The notes under the pieces are model-generated. The model searched no databases. It was not told the origin of the DNA and saw only the letters and a list, made by a program, of their open reading frames with translations. The translations under genes were made by a program, and so were the position numbers. A DNA stretch of 64,000 bases from Rebecca billardiae RCC1528 (Eukaryota; Protista; Haptophyta), in NCBI GenBank assembly GCA_965240325.2, contig OZ251246.1, positions 1,264,398-1,328,397 on the forward strand, written 5' to 3'. This document shows positions 36,701-48,700 of the stretch, one piece after another. The number at the start of each line of letters is the position of its first letter. Position 1 is the first letter of the stretch.

Positions 36701-39700
36701 GTGGCGGAGCGAGGTGGAGCGGCGTGGAGCGGCGTGGAGCGCTCGCGGCTGTGCGTTCGGACGTACTCGACTCGGCCGTGCCCAGGCGGAGCGCCGGCCT
36801 CGGGCGCGTGGCTTGAGCGCAGCAGCTCGCCCGCCTGCGGCGCCCGGCGAGGCGCGCACGCTGGGCCTGCGCGCTGTCAGCATCAGCAGCAGCGGCGCGC
36901 CGAGTCTGGTGGCGGAGCGAGGTGGAGCGGCGTGGAGCGGCGTGAAGCGCTCGCGGCTGTGCGTTGGGATGTACTCGACTCGGCCGTGCCCAGGCGGAGC
37001 GCCGGCCTCGGGCGCGTGGCTTGAGCGCAGCAGCTCGCCCGCCGGCGGCGCCCGGCGAGGCGCGCACGCTGGGCCTCGCGCGCCCTCGGCAGCAGCTGCG
37101 GCGCGCCGAGTCTGGTGGCGGAGCGAGGTGGAGCGGCGTGGAGCGGCGTGAAGCGCTCGCGGCTGTGTATCCGGATGTACCCGACCTGGCCGTGCCGAGG
37201 CGGAGCGCCGGCCTCGGGTGCGTGGGTGGAGCGCAGCAGCACGCCCGCCTGCGGCGCCCGGCGAGCCGCGCACGCCGGGCCTCGCGCGCCTTCGGCAGCA
37301 GCTGCGGCGCGCCGAGTCTGGTGGCGGAGCGAGGTGGAGCGGCGTGGAGCGGCGTGGAGCGCTCGCGGCTGTGTATCCGGCCGTGCCCGCCCCGGCCGTA
37401 GCGAGGCGGAGCGCCGGCCTCGGGCGCGTGGCTGGAGCGCAGCAGCACGCCCGCCTGCGGCGCCCGGCGAGGCGCGCACGCTGGGCCTCGCGCGCCCTCG
37501 GCAGCAGCCGTGGCGGCGCGCCGAGTCAGGTGGCGGAGCGAGGTGGAGCGGCGTGGAGCGGCGTGGAGCGCTCGCGGCGGTGTGTCCAGACGTACCCGAC
37601 CTGGCCGTGCCGAGGCGGAGCATCGGCCTCGGGCGCGCGACTCGAGTGAAGCAGCACGCCCGCCGGAGGCGCCCGGCGAGGCGCGCACGCTGGGCCTCGC
37701 GCGCCCTCGGCAGCAGCTGCGGCGCGCCGAGTCAGGTGGCGGAGCGAGGTGGAGCGGCGTGGAGCGGCGTGGAGCGCTCGCGGCTGTGCGTTTGGATGTA
37801 CCCGACCCGGCCGTGCCGAGGCGGAGTGCCGGCCCCGGGGCGCGCGGCGGGAGTGCGGCAGCACGCGGCCGGCGGCGCCCAGTGACGCGGGTACGCCAGG
37901 GCTGCGCGCCCTTAGCAGCAGCCGTGGCGGCGCGACGAGTCAGGTGGCGGAGCGCGGTGGAGCGGCGTGGAGCGGCGTGGAGCGCTCGCGGCTGCCCGAT
38001 CGGAAGTACTAGCACCGGCCGTGCCGAGGCGGAGCGCCGGCCTCGGGCGCGTGGCTGGAGTGAAGCAGCACGCGGTCGGCGGCGCCCGGCGAGGCGCGCA
38101 CGCTGGGCCTCGCGCGCCTTCGGCAGCAGCTGCGGCGCGCCGAGTCTGGTGGCGGAGCGAGGTGGAGCGGCGTGGAGCGGCGTGGAGCGCTCGCGGCTGT
38201 GCGTTTGGACGTACTCGACTCGGCCGTGCCGAGGCGGAGCGCCGGCCTCGGGCGCGTGGCTTGAGCGCAGCAGCACGCCCGCCGGCGGCGCCCGGCGAGC
38301 CGCGCACGCCGGGCCTCGCGCGCCTTCGGCAGCAGCTGCGGCGCGCCGAATCTGGTGGCGGAGCGAGGTGGAGCGGCGTGGAGCGGCGTGGAGCGCTCGC
38401 GGCTGTGCGCTCGGGCGTACCCGACCCGGCCGTGCCGAGGCGGATCGCTGGCCTCGGGCGCGCGGCTGGAGCGCAGCAGCACGCCCGCCTGCGGCGCCCG
38501 GCGAGGCGCGCACGCTGGGCCTGCGCGCTGTCAGCATCAGCAGCAGCGGCGCGCCGAGTCTGGTGGCGGAGCGAGGTGGAGCGGCGTGGAGCGGCGTGGA
38601 GCGCCCGCGGCTGTGTATCCGGACGTGCCCGCCCCGGCCGTAGCGAGGCGGAGCGCCGGCCTCGGGCGCGCGGCTGGAGCGCAGCAGCACGCCCGCCTGC
38701 GGCGCCCGGCGAGGCGCGCACGCTGGGCCTGCGCGCACTTGGCAGCAGCCGTCGCGGCGCGCCGAGTCTGGTGGCGGAGCGAGGTGGAGCGGCGTGGAGC
38801 GGCGTGGAGCGCTCGCGGCTGTGTATCCGGACGTGCCCGCTTCGGCCGTAGCGAGGCGGAGCGCCGGCCTCGGGCACGCGGCTGGAGCGCAGCAGCACGC
38901 CCGCCTGCGGCGCCCGGCGAGGTGCGCACGCTGGGCCTCGCGCGCCTTCGGCAGCACCTGCGGCGCGCCGAGTCTGGTGGCGGAGCGAGGTGGAGCGGCG
39001 TGGAGCGGCGTGGAGCGCTCGCGGCTGTGCGCTCGGACGTACTCGACCCGGCTGTGCCGAGGCGGAGCGCCGGCCTCGGGCGCGTGGCTGGAGCGCAGCA
39101 GCACGCCCGCCTGCGGCGCCCGGCGAGGCGCGCACGCTGGGCCTCGCGCGCCTTCGGCAGCAGCTGCGGCGCGCCGAGTCTGGTGGCGGAGCGAGGTGGA
39201 GTGGCGTGGAGCGGCGTGGAGCGCTCGCGGCTGCTCGGTCGGATGTAGTCGCTCCGGCCGTGCCGAGGCGGAGCGCCGGCCTCGGGCGCGTGACTGGAGT
39301 GAAGCAGCACGCCCGCCTGCGGCGCCCGGCGAGGCGCGCACGCTGGGCCTCGCGCGCCTTCGGCAGCAGCTGCGGCGCGCCGAGTCTGGTGGCGGAGCGA
39401 GGTGGAGCGGCGTGGAGCGGCGTGGAGCGCTCGCGGCTGCTCGGTCGGATGTAGTCGCTCCGGCCGTGCCGAGGCGGAGCGCCGGCCTCGGGCGCGTGAC
39501 TGGAGTGAAGCAGCACGCCCGCCTGCGGCGCCCGGCGAGGCGCGCACGCTGGGCCTCGCGCGCCTTCGGCAGCAGCAGCGGCGCGCCGAGTCTGGTGGCG
39601 GAGCGAGGTGGAGCGGCGTGGAGCGGCGTGGAGCGCTCGCGGCTGTGCGTTCGGACGTGCCCGCCCCGGCCGTAGCGAGGCGGAGCGCCGGCCTCGGGCG

Positions 39701-42700
39701 CGCGGCTGGAGCGCAGCAGCACGCCCGCCTGCGGCGCCCGGCGAGGCGCGCACGCTGGGCCTGCGCGCACTTGGCAGCAGCCGTCGCGGCGCGCCGAGTC
39801 TGGTGGCGGAGCGAGGTGGAGCGGCGTGGAGCGGCGTGGAGCGCTCGCGACTGTGTGTCCGGACGTACTCGACCCGGCCGTAGCGAGGCGTAGCGCCGGC
39901 CTCGGGGCGCGCGGCGGGAGTGCAGCAGCACGCGGCCGGCGGCGCCCGGTGACGCGCGTACGCCGGGCCCGCGCCCCCTCGGCGGCAGCTGCGGCGCGCC
40001 GAGTCCGAGTCAGGTGGCGGAGCGAGGTAGAGCGGCGTGGAGCGGCGTGGAGCGCTCGCGGCGGTGTGTCCATACGTAATCGACCCAGCCGTGCCGAGGC
40101 GGAGCACCGGCCTCGGGCGCGCGACTCGAGTGCAGCAGCACGCCCGCCGGCGGCTCCCTGTGACGCGCGCACGCTGGGCCTCGCGCGCCCTCGGCAGCAG
40201 CTGCGGCGCGCCGAGTCTGGTGGCGGAGCGAGGTGGAGCGGCGTGGAGCGGCGTAGAGCGCTCGCGGCTGTGTATCCGGACGTGCCCGCCCCGGCCGTAG
40301 CGAGGCGGAGCGCCGGCCTCGGGCGCGCGGCTGGAGCGCAGCAGCACGCTCGCCTGCGGCGCCTGGCGAGGCGCGCACGCTGGGCCTCGCGCGCCTTCGG
40401 CAGCAGCTGCGGCGCGCCAAGTCTGCTGGCGGAGCGAGGTGGAGCGGCGTGGAGCGGCGTGGAGCGCTCGCGGCTGTGTATCCGGACGTGCCCGCCCCGG
40501 CCGTAGCGAGGCGGAGCGCCGGCCTCGGGCGCGCGGCTGGAGCGCAGCAGCACGCTCGCCTGCGGCGCCTGGCGAGGCGCGCACGCTGGGCCTCGCGCGC
40601 CTTCGGCAGCAGCTGCGGCGCGCCAAGTCTGGTGGCGGAGCGAGGTGGAGCGGCGTGGAGCGGCGTGGAGCGCTCGCGGCTGTGTATCCGGACGTGCCCG
40701 CCCCGGCCGTGCCGAGGCGGAGCGCCGGCCTCGGGGCGCGTGGCGGGAGTGCGGCAGCACGCGGCCGGCGGCGCCCGGCGAGGCGCGCACGCTGGGCCTC
40801 GCGCGCCTTCGGCAGCAGCCGTGGCGGCGCTCCGAGTCAGGTGGCGGAGAGAGGTGGAGCGGCTTGGAGCGGCGTGGAGCGCTCGCGGCGGTGTGTCCAT
40901 ACGTATTCGACCCAGCCGTGCCGAGGCGGAGCACCGGCCTCGGGCGCGCGACTCGAGTGCAGCAGCACGCCCGCCGGCGGCTCCCTGTGACGCGCGCACG
41001 CTGGGCCTCGCGCGCCCTCGGCAGCAGCTGCGGCGCGCCGAGTCTGGCGGCGGAGCGAGGTGGAGCGGCGTGGAGCGCTCGCGGCGGTGTGTCCAGATGT
41101 ACTCGACCCGGCCGTGCCGAGGCGGAGCGCCGGCCTCGGGGCGCGCGGCGGAAGTGCGGCAGCACGCGGCCGGCGGCGCCCGGTGACGCGGGTACGCAGG
41201 GCCTGTGCCCCCTCAGCAGCAGCCGTGGCGGCGCGCCGAGTTAGGTGGCGGAGCGAGGTGGAGCGGCGTGGAGCGGCGTGGAGCGCTCGCGGCTGTGTAT
41301 CTGGACGTGCCCGCCCCGGCCGTGCCGAGGCGGAGCGCCGGCCTCGGGTTCGCGGTTCGAGTGCGGCAGCACGCGGCCGGCGGCGCCCGGTGACGCGGGT
41401 ACGCCGGGCCTGCGCGCCCTCGGCAGCAGCCGTGGCGGCGCGCCGAGTCCAAGTCTGGTGGCGGAGCGGGGTGGAGCGGCGTGGAGCGGCGTGGAGCGCT
41501 CGAGGCTGTGCGCCCGGGCGTACCCGACCCGGCCGTGCCGAGGCGGAGCGCCGGCCTCGGGCGCGTGGCTTGAGCGCAGCAGCACGCCCGCCGGCGGCGC
41601 CCGGCGAGGCGCGCACGCTGGGCCTCGCGCGCCTTCGGCAGCAGCTGCGGCGCGCCGAGTCTGGTGGCGGAGCGAGGTGGAGCGGCGTGGAGCGGCGTGG
41701 AGCGCTCGCGGCTGTGCGTTCGGACGTACCCGACCCGGCCGTGCCGAGGCGGATCGCTGGCCTCGGGCGCGCGGCTGGAGCGCAGCAGCACGCCCGCCTG
41801 CGGCGCCCGGCGAGGCGCGCACGCTGGGCCTGCGCGCTGTCAGCATCAGCAGCGGCGGCGCGCCGAGTCTGGTGGCGGAGCGAGGTGGAGCGGCGTGGAG
41901 CGGCGTGGAGCGCTCGCGGCTGTGTATCCGGACGTGCCCGCCCCGGCCGTAGCGAGGCGGAGCGCCGGCCTCGGGCGCGCGGCTGGAGCGCAGCAGCACG
42001 CCCGCCTGCGGCGCCCGGCGAGGCGCGCACGCTGGGCCTGCGCGCACTTGGCAGCAGCCGTCGCGGCGCGCCGAGTCTGGTGGCGGAGCGAGGTGGAGCG
42101 GCGTGGAGCGGCGTGGAGCGCTCGCGGCTGTGTATCCGGACGTGCCCGCTTCGGCCGTAGCGAGGCGGAGCGCCGGCCTCGGGCACGCGGCTGGAGCGCA
42201 GCAGCACGCCCGCCTGCGGCGCCCGGCGAGTTGCGCACGCTGGGCCTCGCGCGCCTTCGGCAGCACCTGCGGCGCGCCGAGTCTGGTGGCGGAGCGAGGT
42301 GGAGCGGCGTGGAGCGGCGTGGAGCGCTCGCGGCTGTGCGCTCGGACGTACTCGACCCGGCTGTGCCGAGGCGGAGCGCCGGCCTCGGGCGCGTGACTGG
42401 AGTGAAGCAGCACGCCCGCCTGCGGCGCCCGGCGAGGCGCGCACGCTGGGCCTCGCGCGCCTTCGGCAGCAGCTGCGGCGCGCCGAGTCTGGTGGCGGAG
42501 CGAGGTGGAGCGGCGTGGAGCGGCGTGGAGCGCTCGCGGCTGCTCGGTCGGATGTAGTCGCTCCGGCCTTGCCGAGGCGGAGCGCCGGCCTCGGGCGCGT
42601 GACTGGAGTGAAGCAGCACGCCCGCCTGCGGCGCCCGGCGAGGCGCGCACGCTGGGCCTCGCGCGCCTTCGGCAGCAGCTGCGGCGCGCCGAGTCTGGTG

Positions 42701-45700
42701 GCGGAGCGAGGTGGAGCGGCGTGGAGCGGCGTGGAGCGCTCGCGGCTGCTCGGTCGGATGTAGTCGCTCCGGCCGTGCCGAGGCGGAGCGCCGGCCTCGG
42801 GCGCGTGACTGGAGTGAAGCAGCACGCCCGCCTGCGGCGCCCGGCGAGGCGCGCACGCTGGGCCTCGCGCGCCTTCGGCAGCAGCAGCGGCGCGCCGAGT
42901 CTGGTGGCGGAGCGAGGTGGAGCGGCGTGGAGCGGCGTGGAGCGCTCGCGGCTGTGCGTTCGGACGTGCCCGCCCCGGCCGTAGCGAGGCGGAGCGACGG
43001 CCTCGGGCGCGCGGCTGGAGCGCAGCAGCACGCCCGCCTGCGGCGCCCGGCGAGGCGCGCATGCTGGGCCTGCGCGCACTTGGCAGCAGCCGTCGCGGCG
43101 CGCCGAGTCTGGTGGCGGAGCGAGGTGGAGCGGCGTGGAGCGGCGTGGAGCGCTCGCGGCTGTGCGTTCGGACGTGCCCGACCCGGTCGTGCCGAGGCGG
43201 AGCGCCGGCCTCGAGGCGCGCGGCTGGAGTGCAGCAGCACGCCGGCTCTTGGCGAGGCGCGTACGCTGGGCCTGCGCGCCCTCAGCAGCGGCGGCGCGTC
43301 GAGTCAGGTGGCGGAGCGAGGTGGAGCGGCGTGGAGCGGCGTGGAGCGCTTGCGGCTGTGCGTTCGGCCGTGCCCGACCCGGTCGTGCCGAGGCGGAGCG
43401 CCGGCCTCGAGGCGCGCGGCTGGAGTGCAGCAGCACGCCGGCTCTTGGCGAGGCGCGTACGCTGGGCCTGCGCGCCCTCAGCAGCGGCGGCGCGTCGAGT
43501 CTGGTGGCGGAGCGAGGTGGAGCGGCGTGGAGCGGCGTGGAGCGCTCGCGGCTGTGCGTTCGGTCGTACTCGACCCGGTCGTGCCGAGGCGGAGCGCCGG
43601 CCTCGAGGCGCGCGGCTGGAGTGCAGCAGCACGCCGGCTCTTGGCGAGGCGCGTACGCTGGGCCTGCGCGCCCTCAGCAGCGGCGGCGCGCCGAGTCTGG
43701 TGGCGGAGCGAGGTGGAGCGGCGTGGAGCGGCGTGGAGCGCTCGCTGCTGTGTATCCGGGCGTATACGATCCGTCCGTTCTGAGGCGGGGCGCCGGCCTC
43801 GAGGCGCGCGGCTGGAGTGCAGCAGCACGCCGGCTCTTGGCGAGGCGCGTACGCTGGGCCTGCGCGCCCTCAGCAGCGGCGGCGCGCCGAGTCTGGTGGC
43901 GGAGCGAGGTGGAGCGGCGTGGAGCGGCGTGGAGCGCTCGCTGCTGTGTATCCGGGCGTATACGATCCGTCCGTTCTGAGGCGGGGCGCCGGCCTCGAGG
44001 CGCGCGGCTGGAGTGCAGCAGCACGCCGGCTCTTGGCGAGGCGCGTACGCTGGGCCTGCGCGCCCTCAGCAGCGGCGGCGCGCCGAGTCTGGTGGCGGAG
44101 CGAGGTGGAGCGGCGTGGAGCGGCGTGGAGCGCTCGCTGCTGTGTATCCGGGCGTATACGATCCGTCCGTTCTGAGGCGGGGCGCCGGCCTCGAGGCGCG
44201 CGGCTGGAGTGCAGCAGCACGCCGGCTCTTGGCGAGGCGCGTACGCTGGGCCTGCGCGCCCTCGGCAGCAGCAGCGGCGGCGCGCCGAGTCTGGTGGCGG
44301 AGCGAGGTGGAGCGGCGTGGAGTGGCGTGGAGCGCTCGCGGCTGTGTATCCGGGCGTATACGATCCGTCCGTTCTGAGGCGGAGCGCCGGCCTCGAGGCG
44401 CGCGGCTGGAGTGCAGCAGCACGCCTGCTCTTGGCGATGCGCGTACGCTGGGCCTGCGCGCCCTCAGCAGCAGCAGCGGCGGCGCGCCGAGTCTGGTGGC
44501 GGAGCGAGGTGGAGCGGCGTGGAGCGGCGTGGAGCGCTTGCGGCTGTGCGTTCGGACGTCCCCGACCCGGTCGTGCCGAGGCGGAGCGCCGGCCTCGAGG
44601 CGCGCGGCTGGAGTGCAGCAGCACGCCGGCTCTTGGTGACGCGCGTACGCTGGGCCTCGCGCGCCCTCGGCAGCAGCAGCGGCGGCGCGCCGAGTCTGGT
44701 GGCGGAGCGAGGTGGAGCGGCGTGGAGCGGCGTGGAGCGCTCGCGGCTGTGCGTTCGGACGTTTCCGACCCGGTCGTGCCGAGGCGGAGCGCCGGCCTCG
44801 AGGCGCGCGGCTGGAGTGCAGCAGCACGCCGGCTCTTGGCGAGGCGCGTACGCTGGGCCTGCGCGCCCTCAGCAGCGGCGGCGCGCCGAGTCTGGTGGCG
44901 GAGCGAGGTGGAGCGGCGTGGAGCGGCGTGGAGCGCTTGCGGCTGTGCGTTCGGCCGTCCCCGACCCGGTCGTGCCGAGGCCGAGCGCCGGCCTCGAGGC
45001 GCGCGGCTGGAGTGCAGCAGCACGCCGGCTCTTGGCGAGGCGCGTACGCTGGGCCTGCGCGCCCTCAGCAGCGGCAGCGCGCCGAGTCAGGTGGCGGAGC
45101 GAGGTGGAGCGGCGTGGAGCGGCGTGGAGCGCTCGCGGCTGTGTATCCGGGCGTATACGACCCGGTCGTGCCGAGGCGGAGCGCCGGCCTCGAGGCGCGC
45201 GGCTGGAGTGCAGCAGCACGCCGGCTCTTGGCGAGGCGCGTACGCTGGGCCTGCGCGCCCTCGGCAGCAGCAGCGGCGGCGCGCCGAGTCAGGTGGCGGA
45301 GCGTGGTGGAGCGGCGTGGAGCGGCGTGGAGCGCTCGCGGCTGTGTATCCGGGCGTATACGATCCGTCCGTTCTGAGGCGGAGCGCCGGCCTCGAGGCGC
45401 GCGGCTGGAGTGCAGCAGCACGCCGGCTCTTGGTGACGCGCGTACGCTGGGCCTCGCGTGCCGTCAGCAGCAGCAGCGGCGGCGCGCCGAGTCTGGTGGC
45501 GGAGCGAGGTGGAGCGGCGTGGAGCGGCGTGGAGCGCTTGCGGCTGTGCGTTCGGACGTTCCCGACCCGGTCGTGCCGAGGCGAAGCGCCGGCCTCGAGG
45601 CGCGCGGCTGGAGTGCAGCAGCACGCCGGCTCTTGGCGAGGCGCGTACGCTGGGCCTGCGCGCCCTCGGCAGCAGCAGCGGCGGCGCGCCGAGTCAGGTG

Positions 45701-48700
45701 GCGGAGCGACGTGGAGCGGCGTGGAGCGGCGTGGAGCGCTCGCGGCTGTGCGTTCGGACGTCCCCGACCCGGTCGTGCCGAGGCGGAGCGCCGGCCTCGA
45801 GGCGCGCGGCTGGAGTGCAGCAGCACGCCGGCTCTTGGTGACGCGCGTACGCTGGGCCTCGCGCGCCCTCAGCAGCAGCAGCGGCGGCGCGCCGAGTCTG
45901 GTGGCGGAGCGAGGTGGAGCGGCGTGGAGCGGCGTGGAGCGCTTGCGGCTGTGCGTTCGGTCGTACTCGACCCGGCCGTGCCGAGGCGGAGCGCCGGCCT
46001 CGAGGCGCGCGGCTGGAGTGCAGCAGCACGCCGGCTCTTGGCGATGCGCGTACGCTGGGCCTGCGCGCCCTCAGCAGCGGCGGCGCGCCGAGTCTGGTGG
46101 CGGAGCGAGGTGGAGCGGCGTGGAGCGGCGTGGAGCGCTCGCGGCTGTGTATCCGGGCGTATACGATCCGTCCGTTCTGAGGCGGAGCGCCGGCCTCGAG
46201 GCGCGCGGCTGGAGTGCAGCAGCACGCCGGCTCTTGGCGAGGCGCGTACGCTGGGCCTGCGCGCCCTCAGCAGCGGCGGCGCCGCGCCGAGTCAGGCGGC
46301 GGAGCGAGGTGGAGCGGCGTGGAGCGGCGTGGAGCGCTTGCGGCTGTGCGTTCGGACGTTCCCGACCCGGTCGTGCCGAGGCGGAGCGCCGGCCTCGAGG
46401 CGCGCGGCTGGAGTGCAGCAGCACGCCGGCTCTTGGCGACGCGCGTACGCTGGGCCTGCGCGCCCTCAGCAGCAGCAGCGCGCCGAGTCTGGTGGCGGAG
46501 CGAGGTGGAGCGGCGTGGAGCGGCGTGGAGCGCTCGCTGCTGTGTATCCGGGCGTATACGATCCGTCCGTTCTGAGGCGGAGCGCCGGCCTCGAGGCGCG
46601 CGGCTGGAGTGCAGCAGCACGCCGGCTCTTGGCGAGGCGCGTACGCTGGGCCTGCGCGCCCTCAGCAGCAGCAGCGGCGGCGCGCCGAGTCTGGTGGCGG
46701 AGCGAGGTGGAGCGGCGTGGAGTGGCGTGGAGCGCTCGCGGCTGTGTATCCGGGCGTATACGATCCGTCCGTTCTGAGGCGGAGCGCCGGCCTCGAGGCG
46801 CGCGGCTGGAGTGCAGCAGCACGCCGGCTCTTGGCGATGCGCGTACGCTGGGCCTGCGCGCCCTCAGCAGCAGCAGCGGCGGCGCGCCGAGTCTGGTGGC
46901 GGAGCGACGTGGAGCGGCGTGGAGCGGCGTGGAGCGCTTGCGGCTGTGCGTTCGGACGTCCCCGACCCGGTCGTGCCGAGGCGGAGCGCCGGCCTCGAGG
47001 CGCGCGGCTGGAGTGCAGCAGCACGCCGGCTCTTGGCGAGGCGCGTACGCTGGGCCTGCGCGCCCTCAGCAGCGGCGGCGCGCCGAGTCAGGTGGCGGAG
47101 CGAGGTGGAGCGGCGTGGAGCGGCGTGGAGCGCTCGCGGCTGTGTATCCGGGCGTATACGACCCGGTCGTGCCGAGGCGGAGCGCCGGCCTCGAGGCGCG
47201 CGGCTGGAGTGCAGCAGCACGCCGGCTCTTGGCGAGGCGCGTACGCTGGGCCTGCGCGCCCTCGGCAGCAGCAGCGGCGGCCCGCCGAGTCAGGTGGCGG
47301 AGCGTGGTGGAGCGGCGTGGAGCGGCGTAGAGCGCTCGCGGCTGTGTATCCGGGCGTATACGATCCGTCCGTTCTGAGGCGGAGCGCCGGCCTCGAGGCG
47401 CGCGGCTGGAGTGCAGCAGCACGCCGGCTCTTGGTGACGCGCGTACGCTGGGCCTCGCGTGCCGTCAGCAGCAGCAGCGGCGGCGCGCCGAGTCTGGTGG
47501 CGGAGCGAGGTGGAGCGGCGTGGAGCGGCGTGGAGCGCTTGCGGCTGTGCGTTCGGACGTTCCCGACCCGGTCGTGCCGAGGCGAAGCGCCGGCCTCGAG
47601 GCGCGCGGCTGGAGTGCAGCAGCACGCCGGCTCTTGGCGAGGCGCGTACGCTGGGCCTGCGCGCCCTCGGCAGCAGCAGCGGCGGCGCGCCGAGTCAGGT
47701 GGCGGAGCGACGTGGAGCGGCGTGGAGCGGCGTGGAGCGCTCGCGGCTGTGCGTTCGGACGTCCCCGACCCGGTCGTGCCGAGGCGGAGCGCCGGCCTCG
47801 AGGCGCGCGGCTGGAGTGCAGCAGCACGCCGGCTCTTGGTGACGCGCGTACGCTGGGCCTCGCGCGCCCTCAGCAGCAGCAGCGGCGGCGCGCCGAGTCT
47901 GGTGGCGGAGCGAGGTGGAGCGGCGTGGAGCGGCGTGGAGCGCTTGCGGCTGTGCGTTCGGTCGTACTCGACCCGGCCGTGCCGAGGCGGAGCGCCGGCC
48001 TCGAGGCGCGCGGCTGGAGTGCAGCAGCACGCCGGCTCTTGGCGATGCGCGTACGCTGGGCCTGCGCGCCCTCAGCAGCGGCGGCGCGCCGAGTCTGGTG
48101 GCGGAGCGAGGTGGAGCGGCGTGGAGCGGCGTGGAGCGCTCGCGGCTGTGTATCCGGGCGTATACGATCCGTCCGTTCTGAGGCGGAGCGCCGGCCTCGA
48201 GGCGCGCGGCTGGAGTGCAGCAGCACGCCGGCTCTTGGCGAGGCGCGTACGCTGGGCCTGCGCGCCCTCAGCAGCGGCGGCGCCGCGCCGAGTCAGGCGG
48301 CGGAGCGAGGTGGAGCGGCGTGGAGCGGCGTGGAGCGCTTGCGGCTGTGCGTTCGGACGTTCCCGACCCGGTCGTGCCGAGGCGGAGCGCCGGCCTCGAG
48401 GCGCGCGGCTGGAGTGCAGCAGCACGCCGGCTCTTGGCGACGCGCGTACGCTGGGCCTGCGCGCCCTCAGCAGCAGCAGCGCGCCGAGTCTGGTGGCGGA
48501 GCGAGGTGGAGCGGCGTGGAGCGGCGTGGAGCGCTCGCTGCTGTGTATCCGGGCGTATACGATCCGTCCGTTCTGAGGCGGAGCGCCGGCCTCGAGGCGC
48601 GCGGCTGGAGTGCAGCAGCACGCCGGCTCTTGGCGAGGCGCGTACGCTGGGCCTGCGCGCCCTCAGCAGCAGCAGCGGCGGCGCGCCGAGTCTGGTGGCG